64,000 nt of DNA. Source: Promethearchaeia archaeon (GTDB taxonomy: Archaea > Asgardarchaeota > Lokiarchaeia > Sigyniarchaeales > SOKP01). Made by a program: the position numbers and the translations under genes. Below the pieces are notes generated by a model. It had not been told where the DNA came from and made no database searches. It saw nothing but the letters and a program-made list of their open reading frames with translations. Numbering within the stretch: the first letter of the stretch is position 1; each line of letters begins with the position of its first letter. The DNA lies in NCBI GenBank assembly GCA_029856045.1, contig JAHQWG010000016.1, positions 1 to 64,000 on the forward strand, given 5' to 3'. Of this stretch, positions 19,854-29,828 are shown piece after piece.

Positions 19854-20942
19854 TTAACCATATTTATAATAAATTGCACACGTTCCTTCTGCTGAGACCA
19901 TACAAGGACCCACAGGATTTACAGGAGTGCAAATCTTTTTGAACAATTTACATTCATATGGATATATTTTTCCAGTCATAACTAAGTGACAAGAACAACC
20001 TGGTTGAATATCTATAGATTTTTCAATTTTAATATCAAATTTTTTATCCGCATCATATTTAGAATAAGAATCCTTAATTGCTAGACCACCATCAAGAATT
20101 CTACCAATACCTCTCCAAGGGGATGACACTGAATCAAAGACATCAGCTATAATTTTTTGAGCAATCTTATTACCCTCAGATTTAACCACTCGTGTATACT
20201 CATTTTCTGTCTTATGTTCTTTATTTTTTATCTGTTTTAATAACATAGCCAATGCCATGAGCACATCATTAGGTTCGAAACCCGCTACAACATTCGGGAC
20301 GTGATATGCATCAGAAAATAATTGAAATGGTGTAGTTCCGATTATAGAAGCAACATGTCCAGGAGATATAAAACCGTCAATGTTTAATTGGTCAATTCCA
20401 ATAAGTAATTCCAATGCAGCAGGAATGAGTTTATGGGCGCAAATTACTGAAAAATTTAATGGAGGATTGATTTTAATCTCATATCCAATCAATGGAACAG
20501 TTGTTTCAAATCCAATAGCAAAAAAAATAACTTCTTTATCGGGATTTTCTTTAGCAATTTTAACTGCATCATTTGGTCCATATACAATTCTTACATCAGC
20601 TCCCTGAGCTCTTAATTCTGCTAGAGAAAGATTAGTTGCAGGAACCCGGAGCATATCTCCAAAGGTTGTGATTATTGTATTCTCTCTTTTTCCTATCTCT
20701 ATTGCTTTATCAATATCGGCTGCAGGACATACACATACAGGACATCCAGGACCGGAAATAATTTCAAGTTCTTTAGGTAAGATTGAACGAATTCCATATT
20801 TAGAAATAGTGTGTTCATGTGTTCCACACACATGCATTATTTTTATCTTTCTATTAATATCACTTAATAATTTTATAATTATACGGACTATTTTTTCTGA
20901 GACTTTTCTATCTCGTAATTGTTTTGTTCCTAGTATTTGCAT
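19854..20942 (-). CDS. hypD: [NiFe]-hydrogenase maturation protein HypD
   Basis: CGTH, GPGCPVC, GFETT, PGHV, GPCMVSAEGTC. Confidence 0.97.
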   Translation of the reverse strand: MQILGTKQLRDRKVSEKIVRIIIKLLSDINRKIKIMHVCGTHEHTISKYGIRSILPKELEIISGPGCPVCVCPAADIDKAIEIGKRENTIITTFGDMLRVPATNLSLAELRAQGADVRIVYGPNDAVKIAKENPDKEVIFFAIGFETTVPLIGYEIKINPPLNFSVICAHKLIPAALELLIGIDQLNIDGFISPGHVASIIGTTPFQLFSDAYHVPNVVAGFEPNDVLMALAMLLKQIKNKEHKTENEYTRVVKSEGNKIAQKIIADVFDSVSSPWRGIGRILDGGLAIKDSYSKYDADKKFDIKIEKSIDIQPGCSCHLVMTGKIYPYECKLFKKICTPVNPVGPCMVSAEGTCAIYYKYG

Positions 20943-20990
20943 TTTTTAAAATAAATTTTTTATGTAGTTAATTTTCAAATGATAATATTT

Positions 20991-22043
20991 TTAACAAATA
21001 CGAGGAATAGACTCCCCTAAAGGCATATCTACAAATCTAGTTCCTCCAATTATTGTTTTTAAAAATACTTTTTTAGGTTCCTCTGATTTTACCTCTCCAA
21101 TTATCCTGGCTTCTTTTCCAAGTTTTGTGGCTTTTATTTTTTGAAGAACTTTATCAGTATAATTATGTGCGACAGCAATAAGAGCTCTACCTTCACATGC
21201 AATATTAAATGGGTCTAATCCTAAAATATCACAAATAGAGTTTACTTCATCCTTTATTGGAATATTATCTTCCTCGAGCCAAATACTTAAATTAGATTTT
21301 GAACTCCATTCATTCAAGGCACTGGCAATTCCTCCACGAGTAGGATCTTTCATTGCATGAATATGATTTTGTTTAATATCTTCTTTAATTGCAAGATATA
21401 TTTCTTTTAAATGTGCAAGATCCGATTCTAAATTTGTCGATAAATTTAATCCTTCTCTTTTTGCCATTAAAGCAGCACCATGATCGCCGATTGAACCAGT
21501 AACTATAATTTTATCACCAGCCTTTAGATTATTATCACATATTTTTATATCCTTATCTTTTATCCCTATTCCAGAGGTTGCGATAATAATTTCATTCAAT
21601 GTGGTTTTAGGCATAATTTTTGTATCACCAGCAATAATTGCAATACCGACCTCTTTAGCAGTTTGATTAAAAGATTTGACAATTTTTCCTAATATATCAA
21701 AACTAAATCCTTCTTCAATAATATAAATTGAGCTTAAAGCTAAAGGTTCAGCTCCCATCATCAAAATATCATTCACAGTCCCACAGATACTTAATTTTCC
21801 AATATCTCCTCCCGGGAAAAATAGAGGAAAAACAGTGTGTCCATCAGCAGTTATTACAATCTCTTTATCATAATTTTTTAAGGGAATTGTAGCTCCATCA
21901 TCTAATTCTTCAACGCCTATACCATCATTAACATTTTTTTGAGCAATTCCCTTTACTATAAATTCTATTAATTCCGATTGCAAGATTCCACCTGCACCGT
22001 GAGCTAAGCGTATTATTTTTGAGCCTTTTACGTCGCTTTCCAT
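20991..22043 (-). CDS. hypE: Hydrogenase maturation carbamoyl dehydratase HypE
   Basis: LAHGAGG, FFPGGDIG, DPTRGG, C-terminal PRIC. Confidence 0.97.
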   Translation of the reverse strand: MESDVKGSKIIRLAHGAGGILQSELIEFIVKGIAQKNVNDGIGVEELDDGATIPLKNYDKEIVITADGHTVFPLFFPGGDIGKLSICGTVNDILMMGAEPLALSSIYIIEEGFSFDILGKIVKSFNQTAKEVGIAIIAGDTKIMPKTTLNEIIIATSGIGIKDKDIKICDNNLKAGDKIIVTGSIGDHGAALMAKREGLNLSTNLESDLAHLKEIYLAIKEDIKQNHIHAMKDPTRGGIASALNEWSSKSNLSIWLEEDNIPIKDEVNSICDILGLDPFNIACEGRALIAVAHNYTDKVLQKIKATKLGKEARIIGEVKSEEPKKVFLKTIIGGTRFVDMPLGESIPRIC

Positions 22044-22153
22044 GAATAATATAATAATGAGAATACATTAAAATTTAATTAAATTAAATTAAAATAAAAT
22101 CTATCAATTCCGATTATTGAGAATAAAGTAAAATTAATTCTGCACCTATTGAA

Positions 22154-24547
22154 GTGAAAAATATTAAAATCGAAATAAATATCACGGGAATTGTCCAAGG
22201 GGTTGGATTTAGGCCATTTTTATTTAATTTAGCTCGAAAACATGGATTTAAAGGATATATTTTAAATCAAGGTAATGCGGGAGTTCGTCTTGTTCTCTCT
22301 GGAGAAGAAGAATTATTGGATAGATTTGTTGAGGAAATTAAATTAAAAAAACCAAAAATTTCCTATATTGAATCAATTTCGGTTAAAAAAAGAGTGGTTG
22401 ATGAAGAATTTAAAGATTTAAAGATTCGGAAAAGTGAGAAAGGTCGTGGAATAAGTCTTACTCTTCCCCCAGACATAGCAATATGTGATGATTGCGTGAA
22501 TGATTTAAGAGATAAAAATGAAAAAAGATATTATATGTATCCTTTTGTTGCTTGTGCAGTCTGTGGTCCACGTTATACAACTGTTAATGCTTTACCTTAT
22601 GATCGCGAGAGAAGCACTATGATTAAATTTCCATTATGTGATGAGGACAAAACATCATGTGTTAAGGAATATAAAGATTTTAATAATAGACGATTTCATG
22701 CGCAAACTTTTGCCTGCACAGTTTGTGGACCACATTATCAATTATATGATAAATCCAAAAACATAATTGAGACAAATTCCATAAAGGAAATCTTGGAAAT
22801 CGCAGCAAGAAGAATCAATAGAGGTGAAATTGCTGCAGTTAAAGGGATAGGAGGAGTTAATTTAATTTGTCTGGCTGAAGATGATAAAGTATTAGAAGAA
22901 CTAAGAAATAGAAAAAAAGAGCGGAAATATAAACCATTTGCTATTATGACCCCTAAATTAGAGATTCTTGAAAATTTTGTTGTAATCTCTGAGAAGGAAA
23001 GAGAATTATTAAATTCTTTCAGAAAACCTATAGTTATTCTTGAAAGAAAAAAAAAATCTAATAAAGTAATACTTTCAAATCAAGTGGCTCCAGGTTTAAG
23101 TTCAATAGGTGTGATGTTACCTTATGCTGGGATTCATTATCTGCTTTTTGATTTTATAGGGCAAAAACCCTTAATTTATACTAGCGGAAATGTATCAAAT
23201 TTACCAATGGGAATAAGAAATGAAAATATTTTTGAGCAATTGAAAGATCTTGCTGATTTTTTTCTTTTACATAATAGAACAATTTTCCAGAGATGTGATG
23301 ATAGTGTTTTACGAGTTCATAATGATAGAGTTAAATTGATACGTCGATCTAGAGGATTTGTCCCAGAATATCTGCCATTGCCTTTTGAAGTTGAGATTCC
23401 AGGTGCTTTAGCAACAGGTCCTGAATTAAATGTAACCGGTGCAGTTTTACGGCGTAATAGAGTATTCCCAACTCAGCATATTGGGCATATTAAAAGTCTT
23501 GAAACTTTTAATTTTTTAAAAGATGCACTTTTTAATATAAAAAATCTATTGCAAATTGAAGATGATGAAATTAAATTTATTGCATGTGATCTACATCCAT
23601 CTTTTTATACCACAATTTATGCTAAAGAACTTGCTGAAAAGTATGGGATTAATTATTTCCCAATTCAACATCATTATGCTCATGTTTTGAGTTTAATGGC
23701 TGAAAATAATATAACTCCAGATGAAAAAATTATAGCAATTACAACAGATGGAGTAGGTTTTGGACCAGATAATACTGTATGGGGAGGAGAGATCTTATTA
23801 AGTTCCTACTATGAATATCAAAGATTAGGTCATTTAGAATACCAACCCATGGTTGGAGGAGACCGATGTGCAAAATATCCAGGAAGAATGTTCGCCTCGA
23901 TATTATTAAATTCTTCAGGAGTTGAAGACTCTAAAAAGATATTTGAAGAAATTGGGTTAAAAAATGATTTAGAATATAAAGCTACTGAATTAGAGGGGAT
24001 AATATCACAATTTAATAATTCTAGAGGAATTTTTCCTTCTAAAAATATTCCTCTAACTAGCGCTACCGGTAGAATTTTTGATGTTGTATCTTATTTATTA
24101 GGTGCTTGTAATATCAAGACATATCAAGGTGAGCCAGCTATTCGATTAGAAGGATTAGCTTCTAAAGGAAACCCAAAGAATATACAACTCTCGATAGATT
24201 ATTTCAAAGAAGACGGACAATATGTAATTAAAACCTCGGAAATTATTACTGGTATTTTAGAATTATTACGAGATTCAAATAATAGAAGAAAAGATATCGC
24301 TGCAGCATTTCAAATTGAGTTCGGTAGAGCTTTTGCAAAAATTGCTATTAAAGTGGCTGAACTAAATGAAATTAATAAAATTGGGTTAACGGGAGGAGTT
24401 GCATATAATTATTCATTTAGTAGTATAATTAAAAAATCAATTAATGACAAAGGGATGACGTTTTTAGAACATGATTTAGTCGCCCCTGGTGATGCTGGTA
24501 TTAGTACAGGGCAATTAATTGGTGGAATTTTTAAATATCAAAGTTAA
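22154..24547 (+). CDS. hypF: Carbamoyltransferase HypF
   Basis: GIVQGVGFRPF acylphosphatase domain, Zn fingers, DLHP, QHHYAH, GDAGISTGQ. Confidence 0.97.
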   Translation: MKNIKIEINITGIVQGVGFRPFLFNLARKHGFKGYILNQGNAGVRLVLSGEEELLDRFVEEIKLKKPKISYIESISVKKRVVDEEFKDLKIRKSEKGRGISLTLPPDIAICDDCVNDLRDKNEKRYYMYPFVACAVCGPRYTTVNALPYDRERSTMIKFPLCDEDKTSCVKEYKDFNNRRFHAQTFACTVCGPHYQLYDKSKNIIETNSIKEILEIAARRINRGEIAAVKGIGGVNLICLAEDDKVLEELRNRKKERKYKPFAIMTPKLEILENFVVISEKERELLNSFRKPIVILERKKKSNKVILSNQVAPGLSSIGVMLPYAGIHYLLFDFIGQKPLIYTSGNVSNLPMGIRNENIFEQLKDLADFFLLHNRTIFQRCDDSVLRVHNDRVKLIRRSRGFVPEYLPLPFEVEIPGALATGPELNVTGAVLRRNRVFPTQHIGHIKSLETFNFLKDALFNIKNLLQIEDDEIKFIACDLHPSFYTTIYAKELAEKYGINYFPIQHHYAHVLSLMAENNITPDEKIIAITTDGVGFGPDNTVWGGEILLSSYYEYQRLGHLEYQPMVGGDRCAKYPGRMFASILLNSSGVEDSKKIFEEIGLKNDLEYKATELEGIISQFNNSRGIFPSKNIPLTSATGRIFDVVSYLLGACNIKTYQGEPAIRLEGLASKGNPKNIQLSIDYFKEDGQYVIKTSEIITGILELLRDSNNRRKDIAAAFQIEFGRAFAKIAIKVAELNEINKIGLTGGVAYNYSFSSIIKKSINDKGMTFLEHDLVAPGDAGISTGQLIGGIFKYQS

Positions 24548-24683
24548 TAATTTCTGCTAAAAATTTTCTTAATAGATAATCAATTTTTATAGATACTTCT
24601 AATCTAATTCAAATACCATTTAAGAGAATATAAATTAAAATAAAAAATAAAAATTAAAAAATATTAAGGGATGCTAACTCAGA

Positions 24684-25364
24684 ATGGAGCGAAACAAGAG
24701 ATTAACAGAAAAGGTTAAAGAATATTGCAGAAAAGTTGGTATAGATATAGTTGGATTTGCAGACACCAAACATTATAATCGATTTCCAGAGGAGAATCAA
24801 CCTCAAAACTATTTAAAAGAATCTCAGACCGTTATAATTCTTGGATTCCATTTACACGACATAATTCTTGATGCTTGGAATCAAGATCAAAAAACTGATA
24901 AAAGCTTTCATTTTGCTGATGCAGTATTGGAAAATTATTGCAATTTGGTTAAAAATTTTATTAAAAAACAAGGATATGATTCCAAAATAATCTCATATTC
25001 CCCAGGTTTATTTTTAAAAGATTCAGCAGCCTTAGCAGGAATAGGCCCCATTGGGAAAAATAACTTGCTGATTACTGAACATTTTGGCTCACAAGTGCGA
25101 TTAAGAACATTAACTACAACAGCTCCATTGGTATGTGGAACGCCTATTTCTGAAAGTAAATATTGCAGGGAATGTAATATATGTATTGAATCATGCCCTG
25201 CTGGCGCATTTCCTGATGGAAAATATAATAAGGATATTTGTCGACCTTATGCAATATCACATTTGAGGAATCTATCTGAAAATACCGCGATATGGTGTAA
25301 TATTTGTATTGAATCTTGCCCTTTTACCAAAATCGAATATAAAAAAAATTTTGAAAAGAAATAA
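24684..25364 (+). CDS. QueG/reductive-dehalogenase-like cobalamin, double Fe-S cluster protein
   Basis: KDSAALAGIGPIGKNNLLIT..FGSQVRL; CRECNICIESCP and C...CNICIESCP. Confidence 0.8.
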   Translation: MERNKRLTEKVKEYCRKVGIDIVGFADTKHYNRFPEENQPQNYLKESQTVIILGFHLHDIILDAWNQDQKTDKSFHFADAVLENYCNLVKNFIKKQGYDSKIISYSPGLFLKDSAALAGIGPIGKNNLLITEHFGSQVRLRTLTTTAPLVCGTPISESKYCRECNICIESCPAGAFPDGKYNKDICRPYAISHLRNLSENTAIWCNICIESCPFTKIEYKKNFEKK

Positions 25365-25504
25365 ATCAAATTATTTGGTTTTTAATTTTCATTACTAATT
25401 CTTTTTAAAGGAATTTAAAAAAACTGTTAAGATTAAATAGAGTTAGTCTTTTATTTTTTGGAATTGTAACAAAATTAAATTATAAAATAATTTAGTGATC
25501 AGAT

Positions 25505-26035
25505 TTGGCAGTTATCGATTTCGAATTCCGTAATAGTATTATCCAAAAGGATTTGGGAAATACACTTTCCTATTGTTATCAATGTGGAACATGCTCTGGA
25601 GTTTGCCCAGTGGCTCAAGTAACCAAGGGTAGATATAATCCGAGAAAATTAATTTTAAATTCACTTTTGGGACTTAAAGAGAACTTATTATTAGGTGCTG
25701 AAAATAATTTTAATATCTGGGGCTGCACCGTTTGTGATACATGTGATGAAATGTGCCCTCAGAATGTTGAATTGACTGAGATTTTTACGATATTAAAAAA
25801 TATGAGCGTAAAAAAAGGAGAAGCCCCTGATTATTATACAACTCAGGCAAAATTTATTTTAGAGCATGGTAAGGCAATTCCGCTAGCACCTGCAATAGAA
25901 AGAAGACGAGAACAGATGGGATTACCTAAAACACCAAAAGTTGATAAAAAGGAAATTAGAGCATTACTGAAGGAAACAGGACTTGTAAAAATAATAGGAT
26001 CATTAGAAGAAGAAAAGAAGGAGGGAGTAAAATAA
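25505..26035 (+). CDS. hdrC: Heterodisulfide reductase subunit C
   Basis: CYQCGTCSGVCP and CTVCDTCDEMCP; its stop overlaps the hdrB start (TAATG). Confidence 0.9.
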   Translation: MAVIDFEFRNSIIQKDLGNTLSYCYQCGTCSGVCPVAQVTKGRYNPRKLILNSLLGLKENLLLGAENNFNIWGCTVCDTCDEMCPQNVELTEIFTILKNMSVKKGEAPDYYTTQAKFILEHGKAIPLAPAIERRREQMGLPKTPKVDKKEIRALLKETGLVKIIGSLEEEKKEGVK

Positions 26036-26916
26036 TGGAAGCGTATGATTTATTCCCTGGATGTGTCATTCAAAATCGAATTCCTTACATAGAAGATTCG
26101 GCAAGAAAAGTTTTTGACAAACTGGGAATAAAAACATCTGATGCGCCTTTCGGTTGCTGCCCAGATCCTGTAGGATTTAATGCAGTTCATCATAAAAGTT
26201 GGACTGCAATGAGTGCAAGAAATCTCACAATAGCAGAAAACGATGGTAGATCTATTGCCTCATTATGTAATGGATGCACTCAGACTTTGAAAGCAGTTAA
26301 TGTTGAATTAAAACAAAATGAAGAAGAAAGAGCTTCAATTAATGCAATTCTGACAAAGATTGGTCGAGAATTTAAAGGTACTATTAGTGTAAAACACTTT
26401 GTGCAAGTTTTAATCGAAGATGTGGGTATAGAAAAGATTAAAGAAGCTATAACGACACCTTTCACTGGCCTTAAAGTCGCTTGCCATACGGGATGCCATT
26501 ACGCTAGACCATCTCATATTATGCAATGGGACGATCCTATGGAACCCAAGTGTCTGCGTGAATTAGTTGAGGCAACTGGTGCAACTGCAGTTGATTACGA
26601 TGAAGAAGTTTTATGTTGCGGAGCGGGTGTAGGAAATACTGAAGAAGAGCCAGCAATGCAAATATTAAAACAAAAATTAGATAGCGCTTTAGAAGCGAAG
26701 GCAGATTGTTTTGTAGTAATATGCCCTGCATGTTTCCAACAGATGGATGGGAACCAACGAATCTTAAAAAAAATGTTTGAAAAAGATTATAATATTCCAA
26801 TATTGTATTTAACCGAATTATTTGCACTTGCAATGGGATATAAATATGATGACCTTAACTTAAAACTTCATAGAGCGCGCCCGCAAGCATTGTTAGAAAA
26901 ATATAATGCTGTTTAA
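26035..26916 (+). CDS. hdrB: Heterodisulfide reductase subunit B
   Basis: Two CCG-type domains: FPGC, CCP, CNGC, HTGCH, CCGAG, CPAC. Confidence 0.93.
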   Translation: MEAYDLFPGCVIQNRIPYIEDSARKVFDKLGIKTSDAPFGCCPDPVGFNAVHHKSWTAMSARNLTIAENDGRSIASLCNGCTQTLKAVNVELKQNEEERASINAILTKIGREFKGTISVKHFVQVLIEDVGIEKIKEAITTPFTGLKVACHTGCHYARPSHIMQWDDPMEPKCLRELVEATGATAVDYDEEVLCCGAGVGNTEEEPAMQILKQKLDSALEAKADCFVVICPACFQQMDGNQRILKKMFEKDYNIPILYLTELFALAMGYKYDDLNLKLHRARPQALLEKYNAV

Positions 26917-26968
26917 TTTTTTCATATTTTTAATTTCAAATTTTAACTTCTTTTAGTAGTAAAAAAAA

Positions 26969-27457
26969 ATGAGTAGAAGAGAGAAGCATTTTCCTTATAA
27001 GTCCATATTAGTCGTTTGTAGCGTTAATACCGCTAGAAGCCCGATGGTAGTAGGATTTTTAAAAAAGATTTTAGCAGAGAATAATATTTCAGATGTAGAG
27101 ATTTTTTCTGGTGGTATTAGTTCTCACGCAAGAGATGGGATGCTCACCTCATTGGATGCCAAAATGGTGATGGAAGAGGTTGGAATAAAGTTGCCTGAAG
27201 ATTATATGTCTATTGATTTAAAGAAACACCGAGATTTGATTTCGAAAGCAGATCTAATTTTAACTTTAACCGAGCAACATAAAAAAGAAATAAAAAATTT
27301 TGATGAATCTAAAGATAAGGAGATTCTACCATTAAAAGAAATTGCTGGGGAGACGGGAGATATTGAGGATCCCTCAATGGGTGGATTGCGAAAATTTAGA
27401 GAAATACGAAATTCAATAAAAAAATATTTGGATAAATGGTTTAAAAAATTTTTTTAA
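26969..27457 (+). CDS. Low-molecular-weight protein phosphatase (LMW-PTP/ArsC fold)
   Basis: CSVNTARS P-loop (Cx5R) and IEDP general-acid loop. Confidence 0.85.
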   Translation: MSRREKHFPYKSILVVCSVNTARSPMVVGFLKKILAENNISDVEIFSGGISSHARDGMLTSLDAKMVMEEVGIKLPEDYMSIDLKKHRDLISKADLILTLTEQHKKEIKNFDESKDKEILPLKEIAGETGDIEDPSMGGLRKFREIRNSIKKYLDKWFKKFF

Positions 27458-27506
27458 AAATTAAATATTTAGATAAATATAAACTATAAGAGAAAATATT
27501 TAGAAT

Positions 27507-28343
27507 ATGAGTTTTGCAGATATTAATGGAATAAAGCTTTGTTATGAAATTTACGGCAGAGAGAATAATATTTCTATAATCTTAATTCATGGGTTTGGTG
27601 CAAAAAAAGAGATTTGGAACTCACAAGTGGGGGCGTTAAGCAAAAAATTTAAAGTAATTACATTTGATATTCGTGGCTCTGGTAAATCCGACCGCCCAAA
27701 TGAACCTTATACTATGGAAATGTTTGCAGATGATATAAAAGGTTTAATTGATTATCTCAATATCAAAAAAGTTCATTTAATTGGAAGATCTTTGGGTGGG
27801 ATGATTGCTCAGCATTTTGCATTAAAATATCCTGAACGTTTAAATAAATTGGTTTTAATTACTACTAATCCAGGTATGCCAGATGAGCAAGGAGCCGAAA
27901 TGCTTAAAGAATCCTATATTGAAGGTTTGAAACGACTTAAAGAAGATCCAGTGAAAGAGTTTTGGCAAAAGTCTCGGGTATTATATTATAAAGAATTTAG
28001 AAAACAAATGGAAGCTAATCCTAAGAAAAAATTTCATGGAATTTGGTCAGTAGAGGATCGCATAAGAGAAAACACAATAGATCCACCAACTCCTCAAGAT
28101 ATTGAAAATCGAGCCCATGCCATTGCGAAACATAATACATTAGAAAGATTGAGTGAAATTAAAAATAAAACCTTATTACTTGGAGCTTCTCATGATAGAT
28201 TGACTCCTAAATCATCTATGGTTGAAATGCATAAAAGAATTCCCAATAGTGTCTTAAAGATTATTGATAAAGCAGGACATTTTATGACATTATCAAGAGC
28301 TCCTGAAATAAACAAGATTATCTTAGATTTTCTAGAAAATTAA
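27507..28343 (+). CDS. Alpha/beta hydrolase
   Basis: HGFG, GRSLGG nucleophile elbow, D...GH triad. Confidence 0.92.
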   Translation: MSFADINGIKLCYEIYGRENNISIILIHGFGAKKEIWNSQVGALSKKFKVITFDIRGSGKSDRPNEPYTMEMFADDIKGLIDYLNIKKVHLIGRSLGGMIAQHFALKYPERLNKLVLITTNPGMPDEQGAEMLKESYIEGLKRLKEDPVKEFWQKSRVLYYKEFRKQMEANPKKKFHGIWSVEDRIRENTIDPPTPQDIENRAHAIAKHNTLERLSEIKNKTLLLGASHDRLTPKSSMVEMHKRIPNSVLKIIDKAGHFMTLSRAPEINKIILDFLEN

Positions 28344-28707
28344 AACCAGAGAAAATGAGATAAAATAATATTGGTTGAGTTAATTTTTTTGAGATTTTAT
28401 ATTTAAAAGCACTCAAATAGCTGGAAAAGACTTTATAATAACTTTTATCAAGAATATTCCATCGATATATAAGAGGAGAAAAATGAAAGATTTTAAGGAA
28501 TCTGGATAAAATAGTCTAACAAAACTTTTTTTTTGATTTTTTCTTTTTCAAATTAATTTTTTCTAAGTCAATATTGACCATCAAATCGTTTTAGTCCAAA
28601 GTATTCCAGTATTAAATCGGTGATATTTATAGAATAAAAAGAAAAAAAATATTTTAGTATTAAATGTTAAATATAACTAAACAACAAAATTTTGAGCGTA
28701 ATTAAAA

Positions 28708-29478
28708 ATGAGAAAACAGATTATAGGAGGAAACTGGAAAATGCACTTGGGAATACCACAAGAAGCCCAGGTATTTGTTGAGAAATTAATTCATATAGTC
28801 AAGGATTTAAATAATGTTGATATTGTAATTGCGCCGCCTTTTACCGTTTTGTATGAAGTCTCAAAAATAATTAAAGGCACAAATATTAAATTATCTGGGC
28901 AAAATATGTATTTTGAAGATAAGGGTGCATTTACGGGAGATATCTCACCAATTTTTCTTAAAGATGTCGGTTGTAACTACGTTATCTTGGGACATAGTGA
29001 AAGAAGGAATATTTTTGGAGAAACAGATGAATTGATAAATAAAAAGTTAAAAAAGGCGCTTCATATTGGATTAAATCCGATTGTATGTATTGGGGAACTA
29101 CTTGAAGAAAGGGAGCAAGAAAAGACTGAAGATGTAATTGAATATCAATTGAAAAATACATTTAAAGATTTATCAAAGGATGAGTTTATAAAAACGATCA
29201 TTGCGTACGAACCAGTTTGGGCAATTGGAACTGGAAAGACTGCAACACCTGAACAAGCAGAAGTAGTTCATAAATTTATCCGGGAATATATAATTAGAAC
29301 TTATGATTTAGATACTGCAGACAAAGTTAGGATCCAATATGGTGGTTCTATAAAACCAAATAATGCAGAGAATTTATTTAATCAGCCTAATATCGATGGT
29401 GGATTAGTTGGCGGCGCATCACTCAATATTGATTCGTTTTATGAAATCTTAAAAGCCGCAAATGAAGTGAACAAATAA
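28708..29478 (+). CDS. tpiA: Triosephosphate isomerase, bacterial/eukaryotic type
   Basis: GGNWKM, GHSERR, AYEPVWAIGTG, YGGS, LVGGASL. Confidence 0.97.
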   Translation: MRKQIIGGNWKMHLGIPQEAQVFVEKLIHIVKDLNNVDIVIAPPFTVLYEVSKIIKGTNIKLSGQNMYFEDKGAFTGDISPIFLKDVGCNYVILGHSERRNIFGETDELINKKLKKALHIGLNPIVCIGELLEEREQEKTEDVIEYQLKNTFKDLSKDEFIKTIIAYEPVWAIGTGKTATPEQAEVVHKFIREYIIRTYDLDTADKVRIQYGGSIKPNNAENLFNQPNIDGGLVGGASLNIDSFYEILKAANEVNK

Positions 29479-29828
29479 ATATTATTTCTTAATCTTTAAA
29501 AAGAGTTAATTAAAGCTGGATTATTCTCCTTGCATTTATTGAGATAGTACCGAGTATAATAATTGTTAGAAATCAAGGTAAAAAATTTATTTAAGTGAAT
29601 AAATAGAGATTTTTATTTCTAATAGAAAAGAGAAATAATAATTTAAACCCATATTAGAGATTTATTTAATTAAATTATTTATTTTTATCGCAGTAATTAT
29701 TTATTTTGAATTAGATAACCAAAAAGAAAATTCAAGGACTTTTTAAATAAACTAAGTAAAGGGATAATGTTAAAGTAAGATATATTAAGGTTAAATAACG
29801 ATCAAATAAACATAAAAAAATAGAGTAT

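Noticed and set aside
28470-28510. Mini-ORF MKDFKESG* behind a GAGGAG motif upstream of tpiA
   Set aside because: Only 8 codons, no compositional bias or associated structure; cannot be separated from chance.
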